Assembly (NCBI GenBank): GCA_029212615.1
Contig: JARGPJ010000007.1
Span: 70,354-134,353 of the forward strand
Direction of reading: 5' to 3'
Length of the DNA stretch: 64,000 nucleotides
DNA from: Verrucomicrobiales bacterium
GTDB taxonomy: Bacteria > Verrucomicrobiota > Verrucomicrobiia > Verrucomicrobiales > DEV007
The notes under the pieces were generated by a model. It saw nothing but the letters and a program-made list of their open reading frames with translations. It did not search any database and was not told the DNA's origin. Of the stretch, positions 47,353 through 57,245 are shown one piece after another (position 1 is the stretch's first letter; each line of letters opens with the position of its first letter). The position numbers and the translations under genes are program-made.

Positions 47353-48842
47353 ACGAAGCAGAAACTATTTCCCCTTTTGGACATCGACTCCTGGATCGCC
47401 GCCATTTTCTAAAGAATACAGCGGGCGCTCTCGGCGGTCTCGGGCTCGCGCAGTTACTTTCCGCAAAGGAGGACGATCCGACCGCTTTCAGTGGGAAGCT
47501 TCCGATTCGCCCGCAGTTTGATCCGGACAACCCCTACGCGCCAAGGGCCGGACATTTCGATGCCCCCGCTAAGCAAGTGCTCGTAATCTATTGCCCCGGA
47601 GCAGTGAGTCACGTCGATACTTTCGATTACAAGCCGGATCTCTATCAGTTTCACGGGCAGAAGCCTCCCGGAATGCCTGCGGTCACTTTCGAGGGGCCGA
47701 CGGGTAATATTGCGAAGCCGTTCTGGGATTTCAAACCTCGCGGGGAAAGCGGGAAGATGACCTCTGACCTGCTTCCAAGGATGGGTTCTCTCGCCGATGA
47801 TTTTTGTTTCATTCATTCACTGCATACTCAGACCAGTGCGCACCCTCAGGGGGAGAACTTCATGAATACGGGTTTCACGATGGAGGGCTTTCCTTCGTTT
47901 GGTGCCTGGGTGACTTACGCTCTCGGTTCCGCCTGTGAAGAACTCCCTGCGTTCGTGGCGATCAATGACCCGCGCGGGCTGGCGCGTTCCGGTAAGAACA
48001 ACTTTGGGAACGGGTTTCTTCCCGCCGCCTTTCAGGGGACCGATTTCAATGCAAAGAATCCACCGGCCAATCTGCGGCGCCCTCAGGGTTTCTCGGCTTC
48101 TGATGACAGAAAGACAGTTGATTTGCTGAAGCGCCTGAATGCAAAGCATTTGGAGAGCTTTCCGAAGGATGCCGATCTGGCCGCCCGGATTGCGAGCTAT
48201 GAATTGGCCGGCCAGATGCAGACCTCCGTTCCGGATATGATGGATCTTTCTAAAGAGCCTGAGTCAATACATAAAGAATACGGCACTGATACCGGTACCG
48301 AGCTGAAGCGTGAGTATGCAAAAAATTGTATCCTCGCTCGCCGCCTCATCGAAAAAGGGGTTCGCGTGGTTCAACTGTTCAATGGCAGTGATCCCAGTGG
48401 TGGTAACGGGATCACAAACTGGGACTCTCATTCTAACATTGCGGAGACACACGCGATGCAGGCTGAGATCATGGATCAACCGACGGCGGCGATGATCAAC
48501 GACATGAAACGTCGCGGTTTGCTTGAAGATACGCTTATTGTCTGGGCTACTGAGTTCGGGCGGATGCCGTTTTTGCAGGGGAATGGAACGGGGCGTGATC
48601 ACAATCCCGAGGCTTTTACCTGTTTCCTCGCGGGAGCGGGGGTGAAGAAGGGTTTCAGCTATGGACAAAGCGATGAATTCGGGTTCAAGACTGCCGTTGA
48701 TCCTGTTGAGGTATACGACTTCAATGCCACGATTCTTCATCTGATGGGTTTGGATCATGAGCGATTGAGCTACTATCACAACGGGTTGGAGCGAAGACTC
48801 ACCAATGTACATGGCCATGTCATCAAGGATGTATTGGCTTAG
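47349..48842 (+). CDS. DUF1501-family protein with Tat signal
   Basis: 'DRRHFLK' twin-arginine motif, 'SHVDTFDYKP', 'ARRLIEKGVRVVQL', 'WDSH', 'DQPTAA', 'EFGRMP', 'GRDH', 'ERLSY', 'LTNVHG'. Confidence 0.9.
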   Translation: MNEAETISPFGHRLLDRRHFLKNTAGALGGLGLAQLLSAKEDDPTAFSGKLPIRPQFDPDNPYAPRAGHFDAPAKQVLVIYCPGAVSHVDTFDYKPDLYQFHGQKPPGMPAVTFEGPTGNIAKPFWDFKPRGESGKMTSDLLPRMGSLADDFCFIHSLHTQTSAHPQGENFMNTGFTMEGFPSFGAWVTYALGSACEELPAFVAINDPRGLARSGKNNFGNGFLPAAFQGTDFNAKNPPANLRRPQGFSASDDRKTVDLLKRLNAKHLESFPKDADLAARIASYELAGQMQTSVPDMMDLSKEPESIHKEYGTDTGTELKREYAKNCILARRLIEKGVRVVQLFNGSDPSGGNGITNWDSHSNIAETHAMQAEIMDQPTAAMINDMKRRGLLEDTLIVWATEFGRMPFLQGNGTGRDHNPEAFTCFLAGAGVKKGFSYGQSDEFGFKTAVDPVEVYDFNATILHLMGLDHERLSYYHNGLERRLTNVHGHVIKDVLA

Positions 48843-48948
48843 CTAACGCATACAGGTGAGCAGAATCACAACGAAAGATGCAGGATTGAAGCGATGGTTG
48901 CTCACCGCGAAGAGTAGTTCAACGCATCATTAAATCCCGTTTCCTCGA

Positions 48949-49656
48949 ATGAATAGTCGTCTCAATTTTTTTATTCTGTGTTTCTTTCTCAGCCCTTTAT
49001 CCAGTAACACTCATGCGGATAAGGGGATACCGAAGGCTCTTGCCGCGAAGGGGGAGGTGCTTTTTGAGGATGACTTCGAAAGAAGTGATCTCGGTGGCTG
49101 GAAGGTGATTATTCCGGGATTCAAGGTGAAGGACGGAGTGCTTGTGGGAACGCAGGACCGGGATAATCATGGGGCGGTCGGCCGCGTCTATGTTCCCATG
49201 TCAGATTTGGTGATGTCTTTTCGTTTTCGATTGGCGGGATCACCAACCTTTAATGTGGTTTTTGATGACAAAAATTTTAAGGGGTCTCATGCCGGGCACA
49301 TTGCGAGGGTCGCTATTTCGATGAAGCAAATTCGACTTGGTGACGACAAGGAGGGCATCATGAGAAATGATATTTTTGAAATGAAGAGAGACCCTGCGAG
49401 GAAGGCTGCGGCTGAGAAGTTGCTCGAAGGTCGCGGGGAAACGATCAAATGTGAGCTGGAATCCAATCGGTGGTATGAAATGCAAATCGAGATCGTCGGT
49501 GACGAAATGCGGGTTGTTCTCGATGGCGAAGCAATAGGTTTCCTGAAATCTCCGGGCCTTGCTCACTCGACGAAAGAGAGTGTTCATTTCACGGTGAACG
49601 GGACTGCGACACAGTTTGACGAGGTGAAAATCTGGAGAGCGGAACCGGCGAATTAG
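48949..49656 (+). CDS. Secreted ConA-like/DUF1080-like beta-sandwich protein
   Basis: Signal peptide, 'LFEDDF', 'WYEMQIEIVGDEMRVVLDG', 'FDEVKIW'. Confidence 0.6.
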   Translation: MNSRLNFFILCFFLSPLSSNTHADKGIPKALAAKGEVLFEDDFERSDLGGWKVIIPGFKVKDGVLVGTQDRDNHGAVGRVYVPMSDLVMSFRFRLAGSPTFNVVFDDKNFKGSHAGHIARVAISMKQIRLGDDKEGIMRNDIFEMKRDPARKAAAEKLLEGRGETIKCELESNRWYEMQIEIVGDEMRVVLDGEAIGFLKSPGLAHSTKESVHFTVNGTATQFDEVKIWRAEPAN

Positions 49657-49712
49657 GGCGCGGTGGTGCAAGGATTGACAGCAATCGGCGCTTTCCCGTA
49701 CACTTGATCCTC

Positions 49713-50162
49713 ATGTCCTCGCAACTCTACAATCTTGTCGTTGAAATCCCGGGTCGGCCGCCCCGGCACTATCAGCTTTCGGCGTCTGTGATTTCGATTG
49801 GGCGGGGAGATCAGAATTCTATCATCGTTGAGGATGATGCTGTGTCAGGGAGTCACTGTGAACTCCGACTTCATGAGCGGAACTATCGGATTGTCGATTC
49901 AGGTTCCACGAACGGGACCCTCTTGAACGGGGAAAGGATTTCGGGTGTGCCGAAGAAGCTTAGAGACGGGGACCGACTATCTCTCGGTTTGACCGCAACA
50001 GCCCGGTTCGTAAGGGTTATTGAAGTGAAGGATAGACTCGATCAGCCCGTTGCTGAGGCAGGGGCGACAACGATGCGGCTTCGGCGTTCTCCGTCGCGAC
50101 CGGCGATCAATCCTGTGGCTGCGGCAGTCGCGAAGGCGGCAAAGTCGAAGCCGCATCGTTAG
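49713..50162 (+). CDS. FHA-domain protein
   Basis: 'ISIGRG', 'VSGSHC', 'DSGSTNGTLLNG', 'LRDGDRL' FHA motifs, then a basic/Ala-rich tail. Confidence 0.88.
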   Translation: MSSQLYNLVVEIPGRPPRHYQLSASVISIGRGDQNSIIVEDDAVSGSHCELRLHERNYRIVDSGSTNGTLLNGERISGVPKKLRDGDRLSLGLTATARFVRVIEVKDRLDQPVAEAGATTMRLRRSPSRPAINPVAAAVAKAAKSKPHR

Positions 50163-50189
50163 GATGTTCCCCGATTGTTCGTGGCGGGG

Positions 50190-53100
50190 CTATGGCTGCG
50201 AAGGTTTTAGCTGGATATGTTGTTCCTTTCCTTCCCTGCTCTGAAGGTTGAAGGTGAGGCTCCATTGCTGCGATGCCGCGTCGAAGTCTGTCTGCCAAAA
50301 GTCGTTTCCGTGAGTGGATTGATCCAGAGGGATTCCATTGATCGTGAGGAGCCAATGATCGGGGGAGCTTAATCCCCTGAAGGTGACGGGGACGAAACCG
50401 AGGCCTCCCGTGAGAAAAAAGTCGGCAGCTCCTTTGTCAGCCTTTATCTTGATGGCAGGGTATTTGGAAAGAAATTCGCCGGTGTTGATTCTCAATTGCC
50501 GGTCATTTTTAATCGCTTCCCGCATGACCATTTGAGAGGAATTTCCGTGTTTCGAGAGGGCCTTTCGAAGCGCGGCGTTCGGGCCGTAGTAGTCATCCGC
50601 GAATTTGGGAAGGATGAGGTGTTCGATCGTTGCTTCAATGAAGTCTCCCGCTTCGAGCCGCGTCACGTCCGGAGGTGAAAGAATATCCATCGTCGAGGTG
50701 TCGTGCCCCCGCGCCTTCACTCCGTGTTCAGCTGCCCACGGTGCCGCCTCTTTTCCTCCAAGCCGTGCCTTCCAGGAACGGATTACAATGCCGCGATTCG
50801 GCCAGGACCCTTCCTCGTCAGGGGGGAGTCTTGAGACCGATTCATGTAGCGAGATCCATGGAATCCGGCCGGTCAGTTTGAGAGGGGTGGTGCGGTAAGT
50901 GTTGCTACCCCAATGGGTTTCCCACTCTCTTGTGACCCCGGATTCATTGCCGACAGTCATTATCTTTTCGCCCGTGCTGCTGTAGGTGTCTGCTCCAATT
51001 TGAAAGATCACGAATCGCGAAAAATCAGCCGGCCGGGTCACGTCAAGCCGAATACGGTAGGTCCCGCGGACGAGATCATCGCTGCGGCCCAGGCTCACTG
51101 TCGTTGAGTGGTTGATACCGTTTGCGATCTGTCCAGTATAGGTCACCTCCGTGAGGCAGGGGCCCTGGCGATGGTAGGTCGCCCTCATGTCGGCGTGAGG
51201 TTCCCGGTCCCCGTCAGGACTGAACCAGCGGAAAAAATCCCCTCCTCCGACGTTAACGGTCCAGGCATATTCGCCTCCATTTTTCTTGCCTTTGACAAGA
51301 AGGGGGCGGACGTCAGTAATGGTTGCCCCGCCCTGTATTTGATCCGGTTCGTAGCAGAGGGTTTCCCCCCACGATCCCAGCGCACTTTGATCCCATCGCT
51401 GATTTGCGCCCCAGCCGATCAGGCTCAGTTGGGAATGAGAAACGGCAGGAAGACCTCCCCAGTGACCGTAAACGATACTGAGTTCCAGTTGGAGGGTGCT
51501 GCCGGGCGGGAGGTTTATTTGAGAGATGCCGTGGAACCATATTCCGGAGTAGATTGTCGCTTCGGCAGAGAGATGCCAGTTTTTACTCAATTGCACTGGA
51601 ATCCCGGTCGGCTTTCCGGAGGAATCGCGAAGGATTGCAGAGATTCCGGTGATGGGAAATCCGATGCGTTGTCTAAATCCTTTGGCACTCTTTGCGAAAA
51701 GCAGGCGGGCTGATTGAGGCTCTTCGGAGGGGTTGGAAAGGGTGAGTCGGACACGTTCCATGGAATCATTTTCGATTCCGCGGCCCTCTCCGGGAGGTAG
51801 GACGGGTTCGACTCGATCGATGTCTACCCGGTGCCAACTCTTCAATTGGTCATACTCGACGGGGAGATCCCGACCCGTAGATTTGTCAACGGCAGTGACC
51901 GAAACAGGGGAATGACCGGCCCGGCTCATGGTTTCCGGGATGATGGTGATTCCAACGTCCTCCCATTCGGTCGACCAAAGTCCTGCCTCGTCAATGAGAC
52001 GGGAGTTGGATATCGTTTCGCCGCCGGAGCGAAACGTGATCTTTAAGGCCGCTTCCTTCCAACTCTCCTGTGGCCTTGTTTCTGCGGATATCCCGTTCGA
52101 ATCAAAGCTCCACTCGGCGGACGGTTTCAGAGTCGGGGAGTTCTTGTCTGAACCTCGAAACTTCGCCAATGCCTGTTGGGGCGTGAGGGCGTGCCTCCGA
52201 ACATGAATCTCGTCAACTGCACCAATGAAGTGGCGGCCGTCTCCGTGGCCATCACCGCGGCGCCCGAAGATAAGAGGGCTGCTTTCAAGAGTGCGGGGTT
52301 CTCCTATTTCCTGCGCTCCGACGAGTTGTCCATTTTCATAGAAGGTAAAATCAGTGCCGTCATAGCTAATCGCGAAATGGTTCCACCTGTTGATTTGGAA
52401 ATCTCTCACGGAAGTGATCGAAGTCTGGTTCTCCTTACCGCCTCCAACGTTTATTCTCGCGGTGGCCTTTCCTCTCGAGAGGGTGATCCCAAGGTTTCCA
52501 TCGACATTTTCGTTGAGACTCTTGCAGACAAGCCAGGGTGAGGACCTGGTAGCGTCATTGTATTCGGGGGGGATGAATGCCCAGAAGTCGAGGGTGAATG
52601 AATCCGTATCGAATTCCCTTCGATGGGCAATCTCAAATTCGTTTGCTCCGGTGAGGCCAAACCCGCCGCCGGTCTTTCCAAAGCAGCGTTCGCCGGCAGG
52701 GAAATCAATGACTCCCGGGCGGGCTGAGAGGACTAGTCCCAATCGATCCGGCCAGGCCAGGGTTTCGAGACGGGCCTCAACATTGAGGTCGCTGCCGTCT
52801 TCGGAGATAAAAGTCAGGTCTGTGACATCGCTCCGCTGAAAGAATCGGCCTGACTCGATGAGGCGGGGTCCGGAATGACGCTTCCATTCCCCACCACTGA
52901 TTGCCCGGTAATCCTTTCCATCGACAGTGAGATGGAGGGCCATCTCCGCTGCCGGCAGCTCTTTCCATGTCGAGGTTTGAGAGCGAGCGCTTTCTGCATA
53001 GCCGGGAGCGCTGGAGGTGATGCCGAAATGTGGCACCTCGAGAGTCTCGGTATTGAGCACAAAGGCGAACCGTCCTGTTTCAAAAACCCGCAACCAGGGG

Positions 53101-53282
53101 TTTGACCCTTCATTGCCCGGAAATCCGTCTGCCCACCATTGGCGGGTGTAATCTTTAAGTCCGGGCATGAAAGGGAGCAGGGGTGACTCCCGGTCGCGAC
53201 TTGTCGAGAGCACCGTGATTGCCGTGAGGAGGGCAATCAGTGCGGCGGCGACTTTGCAGTGGGTTGAGCTAAGGGATTTCAT
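50190..53282 (-). CDS. Large secreted protein (1,030 aa) with an internal LamG domain
   Basis: Signal-like N-terminus. Internal LamG motifs 'FTLDFW', 'WNHFAISYDG', 'FYENG', 'GAVDEI'. Flanking regions are of unknown family. Confidence 0.75.
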   Translation of the reverse strand: MKSLSSTHCKVAAALIALLTAITVLSTSRDRESPLLPFMPGLKDYTRQWWADGFPGNEGSNPWLRVFETGRFAFVLNTETLEVPHFGITSSAPGYAESARSQTSTWKELPAAEMALHLTVDGKDYRAISGGEWKRHSGPRLIESGRFFQRSDVTDLTFISEDGSDLNVEARLETLAWPDRLGLVLSARPGVIDFPAGERCFGKTGGGFGLTGANEFEIAHRREFDTDSFTLDFWAFIPPEYNDATRSSPWLVCKSLNENVDGNLGITLSRGKATARINVGGGKENQTSITSVRDFQINRWNHFAISYDGTDFTFYENGQLVGAQEIGEPRTLESSPLIFGRRGDGHGDGRHFIGAVDEIHVRRHALTPQQALAKFRGSDKNSPTLKPSAEWSFDSNGISAETRPQESWKEAALKITFRSGGETISNSRLIDEAGLWSTEWEDVGITIIPETMSRAGHSPVSVTAVDKSTGRDLPVEYDQLKSWHRVDIDRVEPVLPPGEGRGIENDSMERVRLTLSNPSEEPQSARLLFAKSAKGFRQRIGFPITGISAILRDSSGKPTGIPVQLSKNWHLSAEATIYSGIWFHGISQINLPPGSTLQLELSIVYGHWGGLPAVSHSQLSLIGWGANQRWDQSALGSWGETLCYEPDQIQGGATITDVRPLLVKGKKNGGEYAWTVNVGGGDFFRWFSPDGDREPHADMRATYHRQGPCLTEVTYTGQIANGINHSTTVSLGRSDDLVRGTYRIRLDVTRPADFSRFVIFQIGADTYSSTGEKIMTVGNESGVTREWETHWGSNTYRTTPLKLTGRIPWISLHESVSRLPPDEEGSWPNRGIVIRSWKARLGGKEAAPWAAEHGVKARGHDTSTMDILSPPDVTRLEAGDFIEATIEHLILPKFADDYYGPNAALRKALSKHGNSSQMVMREAIKNDRQLRINTGEFLSKYPAIKIKADKGAADFFLTGGLGFVPVTFRGLSSPDHWLLTINGIPLDQSTHGNDFWQTDFDAASQQWSLTFNLQSREGKEQHIQLKPSQP

Positions 53283-53390
53283 GAGACACCATCTTTACTG
53301 TCCCGGACTCCGGAGTGGGTTCAAGACATTCGATGTATCCCGGAGGGTTAAACCGGTATCATTTTCTATCCCGGCCTGTGACACGGAGGC

Positions 53391-54293
53391 TCAATCCTTT
53401 TTGCTCTCAAGGATACGTTTGATCCCTGCCTTATTGAGGTCCCAGGCTTTCTGAATCTCATTAGCCCGGTTGTTCCAGAGTTCAATGTCATCCGGTACCC
53501 ATTGGTAATTCATGGCGGTGAACATCCGGTCTTTGAGTAGATCAAATTCTGCGGTAGCGCCGGCTTCGTCTTTTCCGGTGACGACAATCTTGTTCACGAT
53601 TTCGTTTTCTTCGTCGGAAAGGTCTTCATGAATTTTGAGCCATGATTCTATCGTTTCGGTTGCGACGGCCTGATTGAGTGTTGCCCCTTTTTCACGAGCT
53701 GATTTCATGATCAGTTCGATTCCCGGAGATTCCGCCTGCGCGGCGCTGAGAATGACCTGGCGGGTGTTTGAGTCGATTTCCTCCATCGTTGTCATTGCGT
53801 CCACGACAGTGGAGGCGATATGGATTTTTCGAATCACGGGCAGGGTTTTAACTTTAGTCATGTCAGTGGGCCTGAGGACCGGCTTGATCTCGACTTCGCC
53901 GCTCACATCCGCGACTCGCTTGAAGTAGCGGGAAAGCTGAGAACTGGTTACCGCCTTGCTGTTTCGTTGCAGGACGAGAACTGAGGTCTCAAAGTCGTAG
54001 TAAAAGGCGGCGCACTCGGCCATTCCTTCGTCTTTGTTGAGATTGACCGGCACGACTTCGCCGTTGAGGTTGGCGCGGAAGCCGGCCGGAGCCATCGAGA
54101 TTCTCATCATGTCGCCGAGATAGCCGCTCTCTTTGACGGTTCCTCTGGCGAGACGAATCCAGTCGTCATTGATTTCCTCGTTTCTTTTTCCGCTATCCCC
54201 GGGAAGCGCGTGAAGCTTTTTTAGAATAATTTCAAGATCAGTGGAGTCGCCGATCTCGACGGTGAAGAAGTCAATTTTGGAGGTTTTGTGCAT
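53391..54293 (-). CDS. Hypothetical cytoplasmic protein, DUF6731-like
   Basis: ATG 54293 is preceded by a strong SD (TAGGAGG). The pattern 'L.L.KDEG.AE...FYYD.ETSVLVLQRN...V..S.L..YF...V.I.P......K.....IRKI' resembles DUF6731 proteins as I recall them. Family call not verified. Confidence 0.6.
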   Translation of the reverse strand: MHKTSKIDFFTVEIGDSTDLEIILKKLHALPGDSGKRNEEINDDWIRLARGTVKESGYLGDMMRISMAPAGFRANLNGEVVPVNLNKDEGMAECAAFYYDFETSVLVLQRNSKAVTSSQLSRYFKRVADVSGEVEIKPVLRPTDMTKVKTLPVIRKIHIASTVVDAMTTMEEIDSNTRQVILSAAQAESPGIELIMKSAREKGATLNQAVATETIESWLKIHEDLSDEENEIVNKIVVTGKDEAGATAEFDLLKDRMFTAMNYQWVPDDIELWNNRANEIQKAWDLNKAGIKRILESKKD

Positions 54294-54459
54294 GGGCGCC
54301 CTCCTAATCTCGAACGCGAAAAGGGTCAAACGCTTCGTGAGAAATTGGCGCTGTTCGTTCCTGAGTTCCAGCCTCCCCGCGGCTCCTCTAGCGGGATGCG
54401 GCGTTTATTCGTCGCCGAATCTTCTTTGTTTTAGGAGTGGGTTTCGAGAGAGTCCTTTC

Positions 54460-56073
54460 ATGAGCCCCCGAATGCTGTGTTTCTTCTTATTCTCTTTCTT
54501 CGTGGCGTTCCTCCCGGCCGCCGAGAAACCGAATATTCTTTATATCCTGGCCGATGATCTAGGCTTCAGTGACCTGGGCTGTTTTGGAGGAGAGATTGAG
54601 ACTCCGGTGCTCGATGCGATGGCTGCTGAAGGGGTTCGGCTTACTCAGTTCTACAATACGGGGCGCTGCTGCCCGAGTCGGGCCTCGCTGCTTTCCGGGC
54701 AGTACCCGCATCGCGTCGGTTTGGGACACATGACAACCAATGATCTCGGGCTTCCCGGCTTCCGTGGCGTCATTTCAGAGCAGGCAACCCTGGTTGCCGA
54801 AGCGCTCGCGCCGGCAGGTTACCGGTCGTTCATCTCGGGGAAATGGCATCTTGGAACAGATGATCCGACAAAGCATGGCTTTGAAGAATTTTACGGGACT
54901 CTGGTCAGTGCCAAGCGCTTCTTTGATCCTGATCATCTGATTCGCCTGCCCCGGGGAAGAACTGCCCGCACCTATGAAAAAGGGACGTTTTACGCGACTG
55001 ATGCGGTCACGGATCACGCCCTCGACTTTCTGGGTCTGGCCCGTGAAACGCCTGATCGGCCCTGGTTCCTCTATTTGTCTTATCATGCCCCGCACTTTCC
55101 GCTGCATGCCCCCGACGAGGAGATCGCAGAGTACGCCGAGCGCTATCTGGAAGGGTGGGACAAGCTCCGCGAGGAGCGTCTTCGCAGGATGAAGGAACTG
55201 GGGGTCGTGCCTGATTCCACCTTATTAAGCCCCCGGTCTACCTGGCAGAACTACGGAGAGACAAAGACGGGGACGAATCCTGCGTGGGATAGCCTGCCGC
55301 GGAGGCGCCAGCTTGATCTGGCGAGAAGGATGGCCATCTACGCGGCAATGATTGATCGTCTTGATCAACAGATCGGACGGGTCGTCGAGGATTTGAAAAA
55401 TGCAGGGGAGTGGGAGAATACGCTTATCGTTTTCACTTCCGATAATGGAGCCTGTTTCGAGTGGGATCCTTTCGGCTTCGATATCGAGTCAGGAAATCAT
55501 AATATCCTGCACACCGGCGAGGAGATTGAAACAATGGGAAGTGAAGGCACCTTTCACAGTCTGGGGTCGGGCTGGGCGAACGCCGGAAATACGCCCTGGC
55601 GAATGTACAAACACTTTAATCACGAAGGAGGGATTGCCTCCCCGGGAATCGTGCACTGGCCTGCGGGGTTGAGCGTGCCTCCCGGAACGATTAACAGCGA
55701 ACCGGCCCATCTCATCGATCTCCTGCCAACGGCAGTGGCTGCGGGTGGGGCCACCTACGGAGGAGAGCTTACCCTGCCGGGCGCCGATCTTATCGCGCAG
55801 TTGAATGACGGAAACGCAGGAGAGCGGACTCTCTTTTTTGAGCATCAGGGAAACAGGGCGTTGCGAAAGGGAAAATGGAAGCTTGTCGCGTTTGATGACC
55901 AAGCCTGGGAACTCTATGATTTCTCCGTTGATCGCACCGAGATGAATGACCTTTCCGCGAAGTATCCTGAAAAAGTAGTGGAACTCAATGCAGAGTGGGA
56001 AGCGTGGGCTGACGAAAACCAGGTCACTCCGCTTCCAAAGGACCTGGGCGTGAAATACCTGAAAGCGGACTGA
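54460..56073 (+). CDS. Cys-type arylsulfatase
   Basis: 'PNILYILADDLGFSDLG', 'CCPSRASLL', 'GKWHL', 'APHFPL', 'FTSDNG', 'HEGGI'. Start ATG 54460 (the track extends it to 54241). Confidence 0.92.
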   Translation: MSPRMLCFFLFSFFVAFLPAAEKPNILYILADDLGFSDLGCFGGEIETPVLDAMAAEGVRLTQFYNTGRCCPSRASLLSGQYPHRVGLGHMTTNDLGLPGFRGVISEQATLVAEALAPAGYRSFISGKWHLGTDDPTKHGFEEFYGTLVSAKRFFDPDHLIRLPRGRTARTYEKGTFYATDAVTDHALDFLGLARETPDRPWFLYLSYHAPHFPLHAPDEEIAEYAERYLEGWDKLREERLRRMKELGVVPDSTLLSPRSTWQNYGETKTGTNPAWDSLPRRRQLDLARRMAIYAAMIDRLDQQIGRVVEDLKNAGEWENTLIVFTSDNGACFEWDPFGFDIESGNHNILHTGEEIETMGSEGTFHSLGSGWANAGNTPWRMYKHFNHEGGIASPGIVHWPAGLSVPPGTINSEPAHLIDLLPTAVAAGGATYGGELTLPGADLIAQLNDGNAGERTLFFEHQGNRALRKGKWKLVAFDDQAWELYDFSVDRTEMNDLSAKYPEKVVELNAEWEAWADENQVTPLPKDLGVKYLKAD

Positions 56074-56138
56074 CTTTCTCTTTCGCGTGAGGTCGGAAAT
56101 TTCGATGCCTTTCTCCTGGTTCGTTGTAGGGTGCGGGC

Positions 56139-57245
56139 ATGTCGTCTTTCCATGCTTTTGAACTACTTCCCTCTCTCCAGACCACTTTGGACGAGTTGGG
56201 TTTTGATACGCCGACGGAGATTCAGGGGCGGACTATTCCACCTCTCCTGCGAGGGGAGTCAGTTGTCGGAGTCGCCGAAACCGGGAGCGGTAAAACGCTG
56301 GCCTATGCTCTGCCTGTAATGCAGGAAATGAAGGAGCTTGAACTGGCAGGGAATCGCGTCACTGAAGCCGGGCAACCGCGTGCCCTTGTCCTCGTTCCTT
56401 CGAGCGATTTGGGTGAGCAGGTGGCCAAGGCGTTCAAGGCTTTTACTCACGATACCCGACTCCGCGTTCGTTCTGCCCTGGGTGGTACTGCGATGAAGAT
56501 TGCGAGGAAGAATGTCGCGGGGCCTTTTGAAATTTTACTGGCGACTCCGGGAAGGTTGGAACAGCTCATGCAATTGAAGCTGCTTAATTTGACTGATCTC
56601 CAGTTTCTCGTTCTCGACGAAGCCGATCAAATTCTGGACCAGGGCTTCCTTCCCGGAATTAAGCGGATTCTGAAGCGCAGTCCTGCTGAGAAGCAGCTCG
56701 CCCTTTTTACGGCGACGGCATCGGATGGAGTGCAGGATCTCATCGGCGAAATGTTCAGCGGAGCGGAGATTATTGAGACGACCGGGCGCCACCGGCTTGT
56801 GTCGACTCTGATCACGGACAATCGTGCGGTGCCGAATGGGAAGCGCTTTCCTCTTCTTGAAGAGGTCCTTGCTGAGCCGGTTGAAGGGGGTACGCTCCTT
56901 TTTGCAAACACCCGCGGGCAATGTGATAAGCTGGCGGAGGAGCTTGTCGAAAACGGCTACCCCTGTGCGATCTACCGCGGGGACATGGATAAGAAAGAGC
57001 GGCGTAAAAATCTAAGCGATTTCAGGGATGGGAGGCTGGAAATTCTGATATCAACCGACCTCGCCGCGAGAGGCCTTGATGTGGAGAATATCGGTCGCGT
57101 TATTAACTATCATCTTCCCAAAGAGTTGAAGAATTACCTACACCGTGCCGGGAGGACGGCCCGCGCCGGCCGCGAAGGAACGGTCATTAATTTCGTGACG
57201 GAGCGCGATCAGAATCTGATTAAGCGTCTTGATACCATTCAGTAG
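56139..57245 (+). CDS. DEAD-box RNA helicase (core only, no long C-terminal extension)
   Basis: Q motif 'GFDTPTEIQ', 'AETGSGKT', 'TPGRL', 'LDEAD', 'STDLAARGLD', 'YLHRAGRTARAG'. Confidence 0.92.
   Translation: MSSFHAFELLPSLQTTLDELGFDTPTEIQGRTIPPLLRGESVVGVAETGSGKTLAYALPVMQEMKELELAGNRVTEAGQPRALVLVPSSDLGEQVAKAFKAFTHDTRLRVRSALGGTAMKIARKNVAGPFEILLATPGRLEQLMQLKLLNLTDLQFLVLDEADQILDQGFLPGIKRILKRSPAEKQLALFTATASDGVQDLIGEMFSGAEIIETTGRHRLVSTLITDNRAVPNGKRFPLLEEVLAEPVEGGTLLFANTRGQCDKLAEELVENGYPCAIYRGDMDKKERRKNLSDFRDGRLEILISTDLAARGLDVENIGRVINYHLPKELKNYLHRAGRTARAGREGTVINFVTERDQNLIKRLDTIQ

Noticed and set aside
48855-48906. 8-bp inverted repeat GGTGAGCA/TGCTCACC, and the 10-mer AGGTGAGCAG shared with 2591-2600
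   Set aside because: Short matches of this length are expected by chance. Long loop, no T-tail, no other copies seen.
56139-57245. DEAD-box motif variants (PSSDLG for PTRELA, TAT for SAT) as a sign of an inactive helicase
   Set aside because: Motifs I, II and VI are intact, and such substitutions occur in active family members.
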